A DNA stretch of 64,000 nt, taken from Macrostomum lignano. Its lineage: Eukaryota. The notes under the pieces are model-generated. The model saw nothing but the letters and a program-made list of their open reading frames with translations, had not been told where the DNA came from and searched no databases. The translations under genes and the position numbers were made by a program. Below are positions 27,340-40,445 of this stretch, piece by piece (positions within the stretch are counted from its first letter, which is position 1; every line of letters begins with the position of its first letter). Location: the NCBI GenBank assembly GCA_002269645.1, contig NIVC01001670.1, positions 124,001-188,000 of the forward strand, read 5' to 3'.

Positions 27340-28185
27340 TGCACCAGAGAGAGGGGTAAAGATACATTAGAGAGGGTAAAAATAAACCAGAAAGGGGTAG
27401 AAGTACACCAAAGAGGGGGTAGAGATACACCAGAGAGGGGGGTAGAGATACACCAGAGAGGGGGTAGAGATACACTGCAGAGAGGGGGTAGAGATACACT
27501 GCAGAGAGGGGTAGAGATACACCAGAGAGGGGTAGAGATACACCAGAGAGGGGGTAGAGATACACCAGAGAGGGGGTAGAGATACACCAGAGAGGGGGTA
27601 GAGATACACTGCAGAGAGGGGGTAGAGATACACCAGAGAGGGGTAGAGATACACCAGAGAGGGGGTAGAGATACACCAGAGAGGGGGTAGAGATACACTG
27701 CAGAGAGGGGATAGAAGTACACCAGAGAGGGGGTAGAGATACACTGCAGAGAGGGGATAGAAGTACACCAGAGAGGGGGTAGAGATACACTGCAGAGAGG
27801 GGGTAGAGATACACTGCAGAGAGGGGTAGAGATACACTGCAGAGAGGGGGTAGAGATACACTGCAGAGAGGGGGTAGAGATACACCAGAGAGGGGGTAGA
27901 GATACACTGCAGAGAGAGGGTAGAGATACACTGCAGAGAGGGGATAGAAGTACACCAGAGAGGGGTAGAGATACACTGCAGAGAGAGGGTAGAGATACAC
28001 TCCAGAGAGGGGATAGAAGTACACCAGAGAGGGGGTAGAGATACACTGCAGAGAGGGGGTAGAAGCACACCAGAGAGGGGGTAGAGATACACCAGAGAGG
28101 GGGTAGAGATACACCAGAGAGGGGGTAGAGATACACCAGAGAGGGGGTAGAGATACACCAGAGAGGGGGTAGAGATACATCAGGG
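27340..28185. repeat. 22/24-bp minisatellite (gggggtagagatacaccagaga)n
   Basis: Direct reading. Confidence 0.95.
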
Positions 28186-29204
28186 AGTGGACGGAGATGC
28201 ATTGAAGATGGAGGTAGAAATCGACATCTCTTAAAGATAGAGGTGGAATAAAAGTTGTGGAGCAAGAAATCAATCGGAAAAGAAGGAGATGAAGAAGGGG
28301 ATCTGTGTCAATTATTGCATTTAATTAACCAAAAAATAGTTTATGACTACTAAATAATTTCAGCTTTAGTGCAACAATGTTCCATGAGACTGCCAATCTT
28401 TTCATCACCTAGGAATTGAATTTCATTTCCCTCTCCACCCATACCTCCGCCCTGGAGTGTGCAGCTATATTCCATGTTGCACTTTTCAGTGTTTTTATTC
28501 TCCCAACGCCCCGGGTTTCGGGGGCCGGGCGATAAGGACTCAACAAGAGCCACGCCACTCACTGGAGTCCCCCCCTCCTGGCTACTCCACAGCCCCTGTC
28601 GCTCCTCAATTCACAGACTTCGGTCACTCGCCACAGTTTCATGGCTGAATAATTGTGGCTGAGAGGACCGGCTTCGGCGAGTGTGAATGGGGAGAGGGGG
28701 GAGAGAGTGGAGATCTGACAGGCGGACAGCAACAGTCTCGAAGAGGAACAGCGGCAGCCCCGCGGTGAGTCATCGGCAACTCCAGTCGGCAGAGACAACT
28801 GAGCAAACTCTGCAAAAGGTCCGACAGGCCAAGCAGCTGCGGCCCGAGCCTCTCAGAGCCACTTTTGTCAGGGTGCTGAGTAGTGCTGCCGGGGCAGAGG
28901 GGAGCGAGAGACAGTGCGGCCGTCAAATCTGTCTGGGCACCTTTAGACTTTCTTTGGAGGGCCGCGGGGGAGGTGTCGGAGGGTTCAAGCAGCAGCGTGT
29001 CCTGAGCCGGAGAGGTCAATTGTGCAGGGTCCGGGTTAGACTTCGTTTTTCTTGGGTTTTTTGAAATTTAAACTATTTTTAAATTTTATGCCAGGTAGTT
29101 TCAGTTGGGATAAGGCTAAATAATCACCAGCGACTCAAACAGTTTGCGAGTTCTGACGGCGAGAGTCGTGATGAAACTTTGGACTCCGTTTGAGGAGCAG
29201 TTTT

Positions 29205-29705
29205 CATGGTGGGCTGCTTGTGGTGGTTGTACGTGGGGGTTGTTCGTGGAGGTTGTTCGTGGGGGCTGTTTGTAGGGCTGTTGGAGGGGGTTGTTAGTGT
29301 GGGGCTGTTGGTAGGGTTGTTAGTGGGGGATGTTGGTGGAGGCTGTTTGTGTGGCGCTGTTGGTAGGGGCTGTTGGAGGGGGTTGTTAGTGGGGGCCTGT
29401 TGGTAGGGGGCTGTTGGAGGGGGTTGTTAGTGGGGGCTGTTGGAGGGGGCTATTGGAGGTGGTTGTTAGTGGGTGTTAGTGGGGGGCTGTTGGAGGGGTT
29501 GTTAGTGGGGGCCTGTTGGTAGGGGGCTGTTGGAGGGGGTTGTAAGTGGGGGGCTGTTGGAGAACTTGGAAGGGGTTGTTAGTGGGGGCCTGTTGTTGGG
29601 GGGCTGTTGGTAGGGGGCTGTTGGAGGGGGTTGCTAGTGGGGGGCTGTTGGTAGGGGTTGTTGGAGGGGGTTGTTAGTGGGCGGCTGTTGGGGGGGGGCT
29701 GTTGG
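29205..29705. repeat. G-rich degenerate repeat (ggggctgttggagggggttgttagtg)n
   Basis: Direct reading. Confidence 0.85.
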
Positions 29706-30125
29706 CGAAGCTTTACTCTTTATCACCAATAATTCGACATATGTACGACTCGTAATTAAAAAACTCGAGAACACGAGCAAATCGCTTAATTGTAGCAGCG
29801 AAATAATTTTATGCACTGAGCAAATTCATCAGCATTAGAAGCTGCTCAATCAGGCCCCTGAACTTTTGTTGAACCCCTGAAGTCGAGTGGCATTTACTAC
29901 TTATTTTAGTAGTATCTGTAGCTTTAGAATGTTTATTAAATAGCGCAGTAGATGGAACGAATATTTTTCAGAGCAACAACACATTGAGTCACGTGACTTT
30001 TTAACTGTCGATTCGCAATAGTAGTTAAAGAGGACAATAAAAATATCGAATCGATACAACATAGAGGTGAGTTTGCATGTCCACTCATTGTACAATTTCC
30101 GCGCGAGTGCAAAGAATCGTGCAAG

Positions 30126-31267
30126 TCAAACGTCCGTAGAGTTGACGGCCCGTTCCGGCTCGGACTTGATGGAGCTGCCCAGACTCGCCAGTCGGGTCGG
30201 CCGATCGGCCGCCAAGTCGCTCCCGGCACCGTTGCTCACAGCCGACTCGCTGAACTGCCGGATTAGCGGCGCTTTTGATCTGTGCTCTTCCTGCCGCTCC
30301 GCCTGCTGCTCCTCCTGCCGCTCCGCCTGCCGCTCCGCCTGCTGCTCCGCCTGCTGCTCCGCCTGCTGCTCCGCCTGCTGCTCCTCCTGCCGCTCCGCCT
30401 GCTGCTCCGCCTGCTGCTCCTCCTGCCGCTCCGCCTGCTGCTCCGCCTGCTGCTCCGCCTGCTGCTCCGCCTGCTGCTCCGCCTGCTGCTCCGCCTGCTG
30501 CTCTGCCTGCTGCTCCGCCCGCTGCCTCTTAGCATATTTATTTGGCTCCTTTGTCGAGGACGCCAGCCGACCAGACGAGATGACGCTGACGGTGGCAGCT
30601 GTGGCGGCAGTGACGGCAGTAGCGGCGGCGGCATCCTTCCCGTTGACGCCGACAGTTGTTGGGTTGAACGCGGTGGCGGCAGCGGAGGCCGGATGCAGCA
30701 GGTGCTGGCTGGCTGCGGCAGACGGCAGCACCTGCAGGTTGACTCCACCAGCAGAAGTCACTGCGTAGGTTGGCAGACGGCGCAGGCTGATGGCGTCCAG
30801 AGTCTGCTGCTGCTGCTGCGGGTGCCAGCGGAGCCAGTGCAGCGGCCGCAGCCCGCACCGGTCGCCATTGGGCGGCTCTTCGGATTCTTCAACTGCCGTC
30901 GTCGTTGCCACCGCGCTCGCCTGCTCGTCGATGGCCTCGAGGGCGCGCTCCTCGGCGAAGCGGCGCTGCAGGCAGGCGAGTCGTGCTTGGCGCTCCTCCA
31001 GGCAGATGGACATCCGAGAGCCTCGCGCGTACTCCCTGTAGATCACAGTGCCGCTGGACTCAGCGCACACCTGCACTTTGTCCAGATTCTTCGGACGCAG
31101 GTGCCGGGCTCTGTCGGATCGGCTGCCGCGCGACAGGCGCAGGCTGCCCAGCTTGTGCAGGAAGACGGCCACCGCGGCGGCCCAGGCGCCCAGCACCAGC
31201 AGGAAGATGAGCGCGTCGGACACCGTCCAGCGGGGCGGGGAGTACTTGGCCGGAGCGGCGGTCGGGG
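30126..31267 (-). CDS. FN3-TM gene, exon 3: TM helix, conserved juxtamembrane region and low-complexity tail with EQQA repeats
   Basis: DALIFLLVLGAWAAAVAVFLHKLG TM, then PKNLDKVQV...VIYREY, resembling invertebrate FNDC4/5-like proteins. Acceptor accacag, phase 1. The three exons total 1638 nt (545 aa). Confidence 0.82.
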
Positions 31268-31439
31268 CTGTGGTTGTAAATATGATTTTTTTATGCATGT
31301 TTAAATATGTTGAAACTTCAGTTTTTATCATTTAGCGAAAATTCTATCAAAAACACTTTAAAGCTACTATCAGTAGTCTGCTTTGAATGAGTGGGTGAGC
31401 GGGTAAAACGGGGATCAGTTATTGAGCAACGCAGGCACA

Positions 31440-31660
31440 CGAAATTCCCGAACACAGGCTAAATTTCTGTTGCGCACCTTCCCAAGCAAGAATCAAGCCG
31501 CCAGCCCTCCGGACCGTCGAGATATTCAACGATTCTGCCATAAGCGCTAGCGTATTCAATGCACCCTGTATTCTAAATTTCATCAGCACGTTGACCACGT
31601 GTCGGCATCAGATCTGACTTCGTTGGTCACCGGCCTTCACCCAGGCGGAGCTTCTGGACC
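31440..31660 (+). mobile_element. Possible degraded CR1/L2-type LINE 3' fragment in FN3-TM intron 2
   Basis: Translation HRLNF...ALRTVEIFND..SVFNAPCILNFISTL loosely resembles the CR1 RT tail (RVVNIWNSLP..VV.A.SV..FK..L). Weak. Confidence 0.25.
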
Positions 31661-32404
31661 TTCAACAGATGGCACCAGGTGACTATGGACACCCTATTGC
31701 ATTCCGCCACCCCCTTGGTGTACTGCTAATGATTGCGCAATCCAGCTGCTGCAGCCTCTGAGCACGGATTTAGCTTCCCTCGCTTACCGAACCACCTGAT
31801 CTCAGCTCGTAATGGACAATCTCTAATGGACTCATAAAGCTACTCTCCTTTCTTCCTGGGATTAATTTTTTTCCAGGCTGGCAGTCACAATCCGGCCACG
31901 CCCAAAAGCTTCAGCCACGCCCATTGGGCCGGCCATTTATAGGCCTGTCCGAGCCTGTCCGGTGTCTGGCCGGTTTCCCATCTCATTATTTTTCTCTCTA
32001 TGCCTCCAGGCAGCCCGGGCCGGCTGGGAGGTTGGGGCTGAACGCCATGCGAACCGGATTTACACGCGCGGGCTCTTGCCGGCAGAGGAAATTAACTGAT
32101 GTTTTCTACTTTAATCCAGTCAAAAAGCTGAGTAGCAATATGAGCTGATTGACTATTCATGCGAGCCCAGATCCCAGTCTCCCCGGCCTAACTGCCATCG
32201 AGCAGCTCGGATGAGGCCTGTCGCCTCCCCCCCCAGCCTCCGCAGTGGGAAGCCGATGAAGCCCAACAGATGTCGGTCGACAGTCGGCATGCAACTCAAA
32301 GGATCGATTTCCGCCTTCTTCTCTGCATTTTTTACACCTCCATTGCTTCTTGGGCCAAAATTGTTGCTTTTTGCCTCGCTATTGCCGGTGCCTCTGATGA
32401 CTGT

Positions 32405-32935
32405 GCTCACTGCCATCTGTCTCCACTGCCATCTGTCTCCACTGCCATCTGTCTCCACTGCCATCTGTCTCCACTGCCATCTGTCTCCACTGCCATCTGT
32501 CTCCACTGCCATCTGTCTCCACTGCCATCTGTCTCCACTGCCATCTGTCTCCACTGCCATCTGTCTCCACTGCCATCTGTCTCCACTGCCATCTGTCTCC
32601 ACTGCCATCTGTCTCCACTGCCATCTGTCTCCACTGCCATCTGTCTCCACTGCCATCTGTCTCCACTGCCATCTGTCTCCACTGCCATCTGTCTCCACTG
32701 CCATCTGTCTCCACTGCCATCTGTCTCCACTGCCATCTGTCTCCACTGCCATCTGTCTCCACTGCCATCTGTCTCCACTGCCATCTGTCTCCACTGCCAT
32801 CTGTCTCCACTGCCATCTGTCTCCACTGCCATCTGTCTCCACTGCCATCTGTCTCCACTGCCATCTGTCTCCACTGCCATCTGTCTCCACTGCCATCTGT
32901 CTCCACTGCCATCTGTCTCCACTGCCATCTGTCTA
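32405..32935. repeat. 16-bp near-perfect minisatellite (actgccatctgtctcc)n in FN3-TM intron 2
   Basis: Direct reading; about 33 copies, ending about 32 nt from the donor. Confidence 0.98.
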
Positions 32936-32967
32936 TCGCCAGCCCCCAAAAGTGCATTTGTGCTCAC

Positions 32968-33420
32968 TGGAGTTCGCACCGGTCAGGTTTGCCTTGGCCG
33001 CCATGTCCTCAGCAGCGACAGCGGCGCTGAGATTCCAGACGCTGAAGACCAGCGACTCCGGCCAGCGGCAGAAGAGGCCCGACGGCTCCTGAAGCACAGA
33101 GACGGAGGCCCGGTAGACCACTTCCGGTCGGAGGTGGTCCACGCGGTGCCCGCTGGCCGAGCAGCTGAGATGCCAGACGCCGCGGAAGCTGAGGCGGCCA
33201 GCCGGCGGCCCAGTCGAATCGAACAGTCGCAGCTCGAGCTCGCGGCAGAAGCGCCGCGCTGGCGGAGGCAGCGGCTGCCACTGGAGTAACGCGGCGGATC
33301 CCGGGGCTGGCGCGGCCCGGACTCGAAGCTTCAGCCGGTGCCGGCAAGTCTGGGACGGGACAGCGAACTCAGGCTCAGGCTTGGCCTCCGCTGCCGTGTC
33401 TGCAGCTGCTAGCGGCACAA
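32968..33420 (-). CDS. FN3-TM gene, exon 2: fibronectin type III domain
   Basis: LKLRVRA..ALLQW...HRVDHLRPEVVYRASVSV fits the FN3 W and L.P...Y.V.V signature; several N-glycosylation sequons. Acceptor cctggcag, donor a|GTGAGC at 32967, phase 1-1. Confidence 0.82.
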
Positions 33421-34394
33421 CTGCCAGGGGTGATGAAGATAACGGAGGGGATGGGGGAAGCTGCAGAGAAGCTCTGTGTGAGTCTCATTGGTCAGGCGTT
33501 GACTGGCTCTCTGACTAGTTCAGCTGATGAAGCTGAGAATCTGAGAAGCAGATTTAAATAGAATAATTTAGAGCTGAAAATGCTACAGTAAAGAAATTGA
33601 TAACTACATTTGAGTTCCTTTGTAAACTTCACTAATGATTTACATTTCATTACTTTTGGATAAAATAATTAGTTTGACTTTTTTCAGGTACAAGTCAGAA
33701 AAGCATCGCGAGCTGAAAGCAAAAGGAAGCAGACCCAGGCGTACATTGCTGTGAGATATCAGGATCAGTACACATCAGCCTGACTGATTCGCGCAAACAC
33801 TATTGTCTACTGTTAGTAAACTATACGGAAAAAGAAATGCTAGAAATACTTGAAATTTGCAAGGACTTCTGCGAGCATGCCAAAAATCAATATTCTCATT
33901 CATCAGTTCACTCAAAGACTCGGACATTAAATTATGACTTCACTCATATCCTCACTCATAAACTCGCTCATGAACTTGTCGCAGTCTCTCCTCCCGTAAT
34001 ATGACGGCAACCGGGAATCAATCTGACTGTGAGCTGAGTGCCTGAGTACTCCCCCCCCCCTCTGAATTGCGGGGCGCGAGCAAACTGCTTCTATTGATTG
34101 CAGCCCGAACCGGGAGCTGAGTGCGCTGAGTAGTGCGGGATTTGGGAGGCAACGAGAGGCAGAACTGAGATGAGGGATTCGAGATTGCGGATGCTGAATG
34201 CCTGCGGATGCAGATGATGCATAAAGACAATTCTCGCTACTCAAGCAGTGTTTTGTGCGTTTCGGCGGCTTCTCACAATTCTGTTCCGCCTGAATCCCGT
34301 GCTGGCTTGCCCTGAGGCGGATTTGCCTTCCCTTCACCTTAGTTCACGGCTTCATCAGCTGCCATGCTGGGGCACCGAGATGGAGCTTCTGACA

Positions 34395-35170
34395 GTGTGG
34401 CTGTGCTTGTGTGTCTGTGTCTGTGTGTCTGTTTGTGTGTCTCTGTTTGTGTGTCTGTTTGTGTGTCTGTGCTTGTGTGTCTGTGTCTGTGTGTCTGTGT
34501 CTGTGTGTCTGTGTTTGTGTGTCTGTTTGTGTGTCTGTGTTTGTGTGTTTGTGTTTGTGTGTCTGTGTTTGTGTGTCTGTGTTTGTGTGTCTGTGTTTGT
34601 GTGTCTGTGTTTGTGTGTCTGTGTTTGTGTGGCTGTGTTTGTGTGTCTGTGTTTGTGTGGCTGTGCTTGTGTGGCTGTGCTTGTGTGTCTGTGCTTGTGT
34701 GTCTGTGTTTGTGTGTCTGTGTTTGTGTGGCTGTGCTTGTGTGGCTGTGCTTGTGTGGCTGTGCTTGTGTGTCTGTGCTTGTGTGTCTGTGTTTGTGTGT
34801 CTGTGTTTGTGTGGCTGTGTTTGTGTGTCTCTGTTTGTGTGTCTGTTTGTGTGTCTGTGTTTGTGTGTCTGTGTCTGTGTGTCTGTGTTTGTGTGTCTGT
34901 GTTTGTGTGTCTCTGTTTGTGTGTCTGTTGTTTGTGTGTCTGTGTTTGTGTGTCTGTGTCTGTGTGTCTGTGTTTGTGTGTCTGTGTCTGTGTGTCTGTG
35001 TTTGTGTGTCTGTGTTTGTGTGTCTCTGTTTGTGTGTCTATGTTTGTGTGTCTGTGTTTGTGTGTCTGTGTTTGTGTGTCTGTGTTTGTGTGTCTGTGCT
35101 TGTGTGTCTGTGTTTGTGTGGCTGTGCTTGTGTGTCTGTGTTTGTGGTGTGTCTGTGTGCCTGTGTGTAT
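34395..35170. repeat. About 12-bp TG-rich repeat (tgtttgtgtgtc)n in FN3-TM intron 1
   Basis: Direct reading. Confidence 0.95.
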
Positions 35171-35290
35171 ACGTTCTTTGTGTTTGTCTTTCTGGCTGTC
35201 TCATCGCATGTCTTCTATCACCTTATTTACGCTCAGAAAATGCGTCATTTATCACTGAATTTTGGTTGGTATGCATAACAAGCAACTCAC

Positions 35291-35333
35291 CAAGCAGAGC
35301 CAGGCAGCCGATGGGCAGCCAGATGCTCGGCAT
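35291..35333 (-). CDS. FN3-TM (FNDC4/5-like) gene, exon 1: signal peptide
   Basis: ATG at 35333 gives [14 protein letters not shown], then G|GTGAGT (phase 1). Splicing to 33420 gives [26 protein letters not shown], a convincing signal peptide. Confidence 0.8.
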
Positions 35334-35779
35334 CCCCGTCAGCGGACTCTGTCGCTAGTGCTCTGGAGCCTGTCCCATCGGAGTTGACTCAATCTTGTGA
35401 GGATGGCCTGCGGACCGCTAGGCAGTTGTTTGCTCAGTGCAATTTGAAATTCTGACTAACAGGCGGGGACGCGGATGCTGAGCCAGCGAATGACAGCCGG
35501 GCGAGAGTGGGCGGCCGCGCCGGAGCAGGGAGTGAGGAGTGGGAGGCGGCCGGCCACACTGAGTGGGGGCTCAAAGTCCATCTTTGAAAGCGCAGCAGCA
35601 GGCAAGCCAGCCACGGTTAAAGTGGGTGTGAAGGGGAAGCAGAGAGCTGGCAAAGAATAGAGAAATAGAGAACAGGAAGTCCGGCACTCGGGAATAATTT
35701 ACTAATAGATTGCTGCATCAATTTCCCAGACAACTCAGCTTTCAGCTTTCACACCAGGCACATCTTATAGTTGAAACCA

Positions 35780-36255
<476 letters not shown>

Positions 36256-37539
36256 GAGCATATTTACTGCCATCAAGAGCATGGACAATACCATGTATGC
36301 AATGAATTGATTCCAGCTCATATTCAAAGTTGGAGACTCAAAGACGCGTAAGCAGATCTCAGCTTCGTTAGCCTCAGCTTCGAGACAATTGAGATCAGGT
36401 TGAAAATATTGACTGCATGCCCAGTATCGTGACTTGAATGGCTTGGAGACACGGGAGACGCAGCTTCACAAGAAAAGCCAGCCTCCGTTAGAGAGTATAC
36501 AGTGGCATGGAAGCCTCTGCGCTAATGCCATATAAAACTGCCTTTTGTGCTTGTAAGCTGTTTCCCCATGCAAGCCCCCTGCCTGCTTTGTGTATCATCT
36601 CTGTGCGTGCCTGAGCTGAGGAGAGGAGTGTGGGGGATGCGTCTGTCCCGCTGGGGAGTTCGGGGGGGGGGGCGGACGGACTTTGCTGCAGGGTGAAGCT
36701 GGAAGCGATCGACGTTTCTTTTTTAAAGTTGCAGAAAAGGCACAGGTTCGCACCTGGGGGTCACCCAGAAATCCCAGAAAGCCATTTTGGGCGGTCCCTC
36801 TGGACTAATTATTGGCGCGCCTATTTAGTAAAATTATTGGATAATTCAGTAAAATTATTGGCCTATTTAGTGAAATTATTGCCCAATGGCCTAATTTCCT
36901 AATAGGCTGGAGTGGCATAATTTCAGAAGAAAAAAACAGAAAATTTCCTATCTCGATGGACCTTCAAATAAATTGAATTCGCCAGTTAGCTAGCCAGCCA
37001 GTCGTCCTTGTCTAGCCTCGTAAAGGCGCCGGTAGATTAGTTCTTAATAAATCATTGTCGCTACTTAGAACAGTAGGCAGATGAGCCCGTAGGCGGCCAT
37101 CTGTCGCCCTACTTTCTAATTAACCCCTGAGCTGCGGGTCAGTAATCAATTGACGTCAGAAAATTCGAGCAGTTAAGGTAAGAAAGCTGTTGGATAAGGA
37201 CTTAAACCAGGGCGGGATAAAGTGAATTTGGGGATTGTTTTGAAGATTAGAAAAACAAAACGCGAACTCGATGACCAGTTTCTAATTATTGCTTGCTTGT
37301 GTTGTCTCGCTCTTGCCCTAGAAGTGTCCTTAAAATCAGGTGTTTACTGATGCTGATGGCCCTTTGCGCGAGCGTCAGCTTTTCTAATTTTAGACTAAAC
37401 ACTTGCAAATTGCTTTTGCAGGTGTTTCACATAGTCGAGCGATAGGCTGTAATTATTCCCTTCAGAATTTGAATGCAATGTTATTTTCACGTTTGGGAAG
37501 TCAGGATCTGTGAGTTTTTTATTTGCAAACGGGTTAAGT

Positions 37540-37982
37540 GTAGAGGGGCTGAGACAGTGTACATTGAGGCCAGACGGAATGTAGAGTGACTGAGCCAGTG
37601 TACATTGAGGCCAGACGGAGTGTAGAGTGACTGAGCCAGTGTACATTGAGGCCAGACGGAGTGTAGAGTGACTGAACCAGTGTACATTGAGGCCAGACGG
37701 AGTGTAGAGGGGCTGAGCCAGTGTACATTGAGGCCAGACGGAGTGTAGAGTGACTGAGCCAGTGTACATTGAGGCCAGACGGAGTGTAGAGTGACTGAGC
37801 CAGTGTACATTGAGGCCAGACGGATTGTAGAGGGGCTGAGCCAGTGTACATTGAGGCCAGACGGAATGTAGAGTGACTGAACCAGTGTACATTGAGGCCA
37901 GACGGAGTGTAGAGTGACTGAGCCAGTGTACATTGAGGCCAGACGGAGTGCAGAGTGACTGAAACAGTGTACATTGAGGCCC
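37540..37982. repeat. 41-bp minisatellite (cagtgtacattgaggccagacggagtgtagagtgactgagc)n
   Basis: Direct reading; a partial solo unit lies near 38163-38181. Confidence 0.96.
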
Positions 37983-39406
37983 GACATCGGATGAAGCTGG
38001 TGAGGGTTGAATGCAGAATGCTCTCGGTGACTGTCTCGAGGAGCGATTCAAGCAGCCTATTCAGCTTCGTACTAACCGCGGTCAACTCTGCTTAACTTGG
38101 AAACTAAAATCTGCTAACGGCAAATGTGCTGACCCAACTGGTCTTGCAACCCGCCAGTCAGTGAGCTGAGCCAGTGTACAGTTAAAATCATTGCTTGATC
38201 GAAATTGCGTATTCAAAGTAGGGAATTTTTTCCATTAAAAAGATTAAAAAACGCTATTTTTGTATTACAAGAGCAAGCAACCATGGGCGCAGTAATTAGT
38301 TATTAAAGCTCTCCCCCGATCTGGGGACAAACAGAGAGCAAATCTTTTGCTTCACGGCTAGCCGCAGACGAAGCAGAAAGAATGCTGCAGAAACTGGTCA
38401 CGGATCAAAGAAGATCTCGGTTGGGTTGCCTCATCATGCTGGGAGCTTCTGGCCCGTAGCGAGCCCTTGGTCATGGGAAAAGCCGAGGGCAAAAAACTCA
38501 ATCCGAGTGAATGAGTCCTCGCTGCTGCTTCTGCTCAAAGCCATTCAGCCTGAGTCAGAGCACAGCGGGCGACTAGCGAACTGTGAGCAGCTCTCTATAC
38601 TGATACAGCAGAGATGCTGGATGAAGCGACTGACGGAAACAATAAGCAGTTCCTGCCTGCTCCAGATTCCCCCTGACAGCGAGGCGTGTCTTTTTTCGGT
38701 GTCAGCTCGGCAGGCAGTTTATTTGGCTGAGGGACGGGGCGGGCTTGAGCACAATGACAGAGAAAACCCAATAAAACATGATGAAGCAAGGCTGAGCTGG
38801 ATAGACCGCCTACAGTCGTTGCGCGCCCTGTGACGCAAGAGATGAGGGCAGACGGTGCTTGAGATTTCGATAAGCTAAATTTCAATTTCAGACAAGAATT
38901 ACAATGCAACTTTTCTTAGAAAAAGTTTGTTTGCAAAAAATGGCAAACATAATCTAAGCTTCCTAAGCCCTCATGAGGTACCATGAAATGCCAGGTGGGC
39001 AGCCGCTTCATCACTCACAGCTGCATGGATGAAGCGAAGTGAAAGGTGTGACGAAGGTGGCCTTTCTCTGCTACAGCAGGATTGGGAAGGAGGAGAAAAG
39101 AGGAGGAGGCTGCGGCAGACAGATGAGGGGGAGGAGTTGGGATGGAGATGAGGGGGCCCTGCTATTATTAAGGCACAAAAATAATAATTAAGCAGCGATC
39201 AGCTCTGTCGGGGATTGGGCGAATCCCAGTGGAGTGAGATGGCGGAGAGGGAGGCTGAGCGGGCTATGAGGGCGATGGGTGCGCTGCCTCAATATAGAAT
39301 AAAAACAGCCGGAGACACGGAAAAGCTGGGCCGGTTTTCTAAGATTCGCGCAGAGCGGCAGTTACGGCAGCAGCTTGAAGAGCTTCGCTTGGTTGTGACC
39401 GGCAAT

Positions 39407-39410
39407 ATGG
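39407..39410 (+). CDS. GPCR probable first coding bases (ATG G), or the 3' end of a longer first exon starting near 39239
   Basis: ATGG|GTGAGC donor joins ttgcag|CCTCT in phase 1 to give MASAAQKQFLHTQEVIDLL; 80-nt intron. Confidence 0.5.
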
Positions 39411-39490
39411 GTGAGCTTGTGACTGATTTGACTGCTTTGAATACGAATGGAGCTGAAAGCAAATTAATCACAGTTCCCTCATTCTTGCAG

Positions 39491-39811
39491 CCTCTGCTGC
39501 ACAGAAGCAATTCCTGCATACACAGGAGGTGATCGACCTGCTGAACCGGCGACCGCTGGGCCCGCTAGAGTACATCCTATTCGCCGCCTACGGAGTAGCC
39601 ATGCTGTGGTCGCTGGGCGCCAACGGCCTCTTCATCGCGATGGGCCTGCGGTACAAGCAGCTGAGGCAGCGCCTGCCAAAGCTGATGGTCAGCCTCGCGG
39701 CGTCCAACCTGCTGGTCACTCTGGTCTGCATGCCGGCCGCCGTCTGCTACCTCGTCTACCACACCTGGCCTCTGGGCAAGGTCGGCTGCAAGCTGATGCA
39801 CTTTACTGAAG
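39491..39811 (+). CDS. Class A peptide-type GPCR, exon covering TM1, TM2 and the start of TM3
   Basis: GANG (N1.50), LAASNLLVTLVCMP, TWPLGKVGCK (C3.25); donor G|GTGAGG at 39812, phase 1. Confidence 0.9.
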
Positions 39812-39954
39812 GTGAGGCAAGTGGGGGAACCGGGAGGTTAAAACACCGAGCTGCGCTAGAAAGAGAGATAGACGAGAGGAAAGGAGACGGAGAGAGGGAA
39901 AAGGAGGCATGGGAATAGAAGAGGGGTGAGGAGAGGCAGGAGGCAGGGAGAGGA

Positions 39955-40445
39955 AAAGGGAAGGAAGGTAGGGGAAGGCACAGGAAGGTAGGGGAAGAGG
40001 CAGGAAGGTAGGGGAAGAGGCAGGATGGTAGGGGAAGAGGCAGGATGGTAGGGGAAGAGGCAGGATGGTAGGGGAAGAGGCAGGATGGTAGGGGAAGAGG
40101 CAGGATGGTAGGGGAAGAGGCAGGATGCTAGGGGAAGAGGCAGGATGGTAGGGGAAGAGGCAGGATGGTAGGGGAAGAGGCAGGATGGTAGGGGAAGAGG
40201 CAGGATGGTAGGGGAAGAGGCAGGATGGTAGGGGAAGAGGCAGGATGGTAGGGGAAGAGGCAGGATGGTAGGGGAAGGGGCAGGATGGTAGGGGAAGAGG
40301 CAGGATGGTAGGGGAAGGGGCAGGATGGTAGGGAGATGAAGGAGCGGGAATGGAGAGGAAGGGGCGGGAATGGAGAGGAAGGGGCGGGAATGGAGAGGAA
40401 GGGGCGGGAATGGAGAGGAAGGGGCGGGAATTGAGAGGAAAGGGC
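39955..40445. repeat. Two adjacent 20-bp purine arrays, (ggtaggggaagaggcaggat)n then (aatggagaggaaggggcggg)n, in GPCR intron 2
   Basis: Direct reading. Confidence 0.95.

Noticed and set aside
25859-29064. ORFs with strong plus-strand donors (26150, 28764) and a minus-strand ORF at 28639-29019
   Set aside because: No recognisable homology and no phase-consistent chain could be built; they remain possible exons or UTRs.
29987-29998. Perfect palindrome AGTCACGTGACT (E-box/CLEAR-type, a possible MLX-family site)
   Set aside because: A single occurrence downstream of a gene, 31 kb from MLX; expected occasionally by chance.
30275-31335. Antisense ORFs overlapping GC-rich exons (also over the GPCR, PDHX and MLX exons)
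   Set aside because: Shadow ORFs caused by stop-poor, GC-rich codon usage.
27309-35358. Repeat ORFs at 27.3-28.3 kb, 32.2-33.3 kb and 34.2-35.4 kb (including Cys/Val-rich ones)
   Set aside because: All coincide with minisatellites; the latter two lie in FN3-TM introns.
37110-37190. TTAA-CCCCT piggyBac-like left end
   Set aside because: No matching right TIR or second TTAA found.
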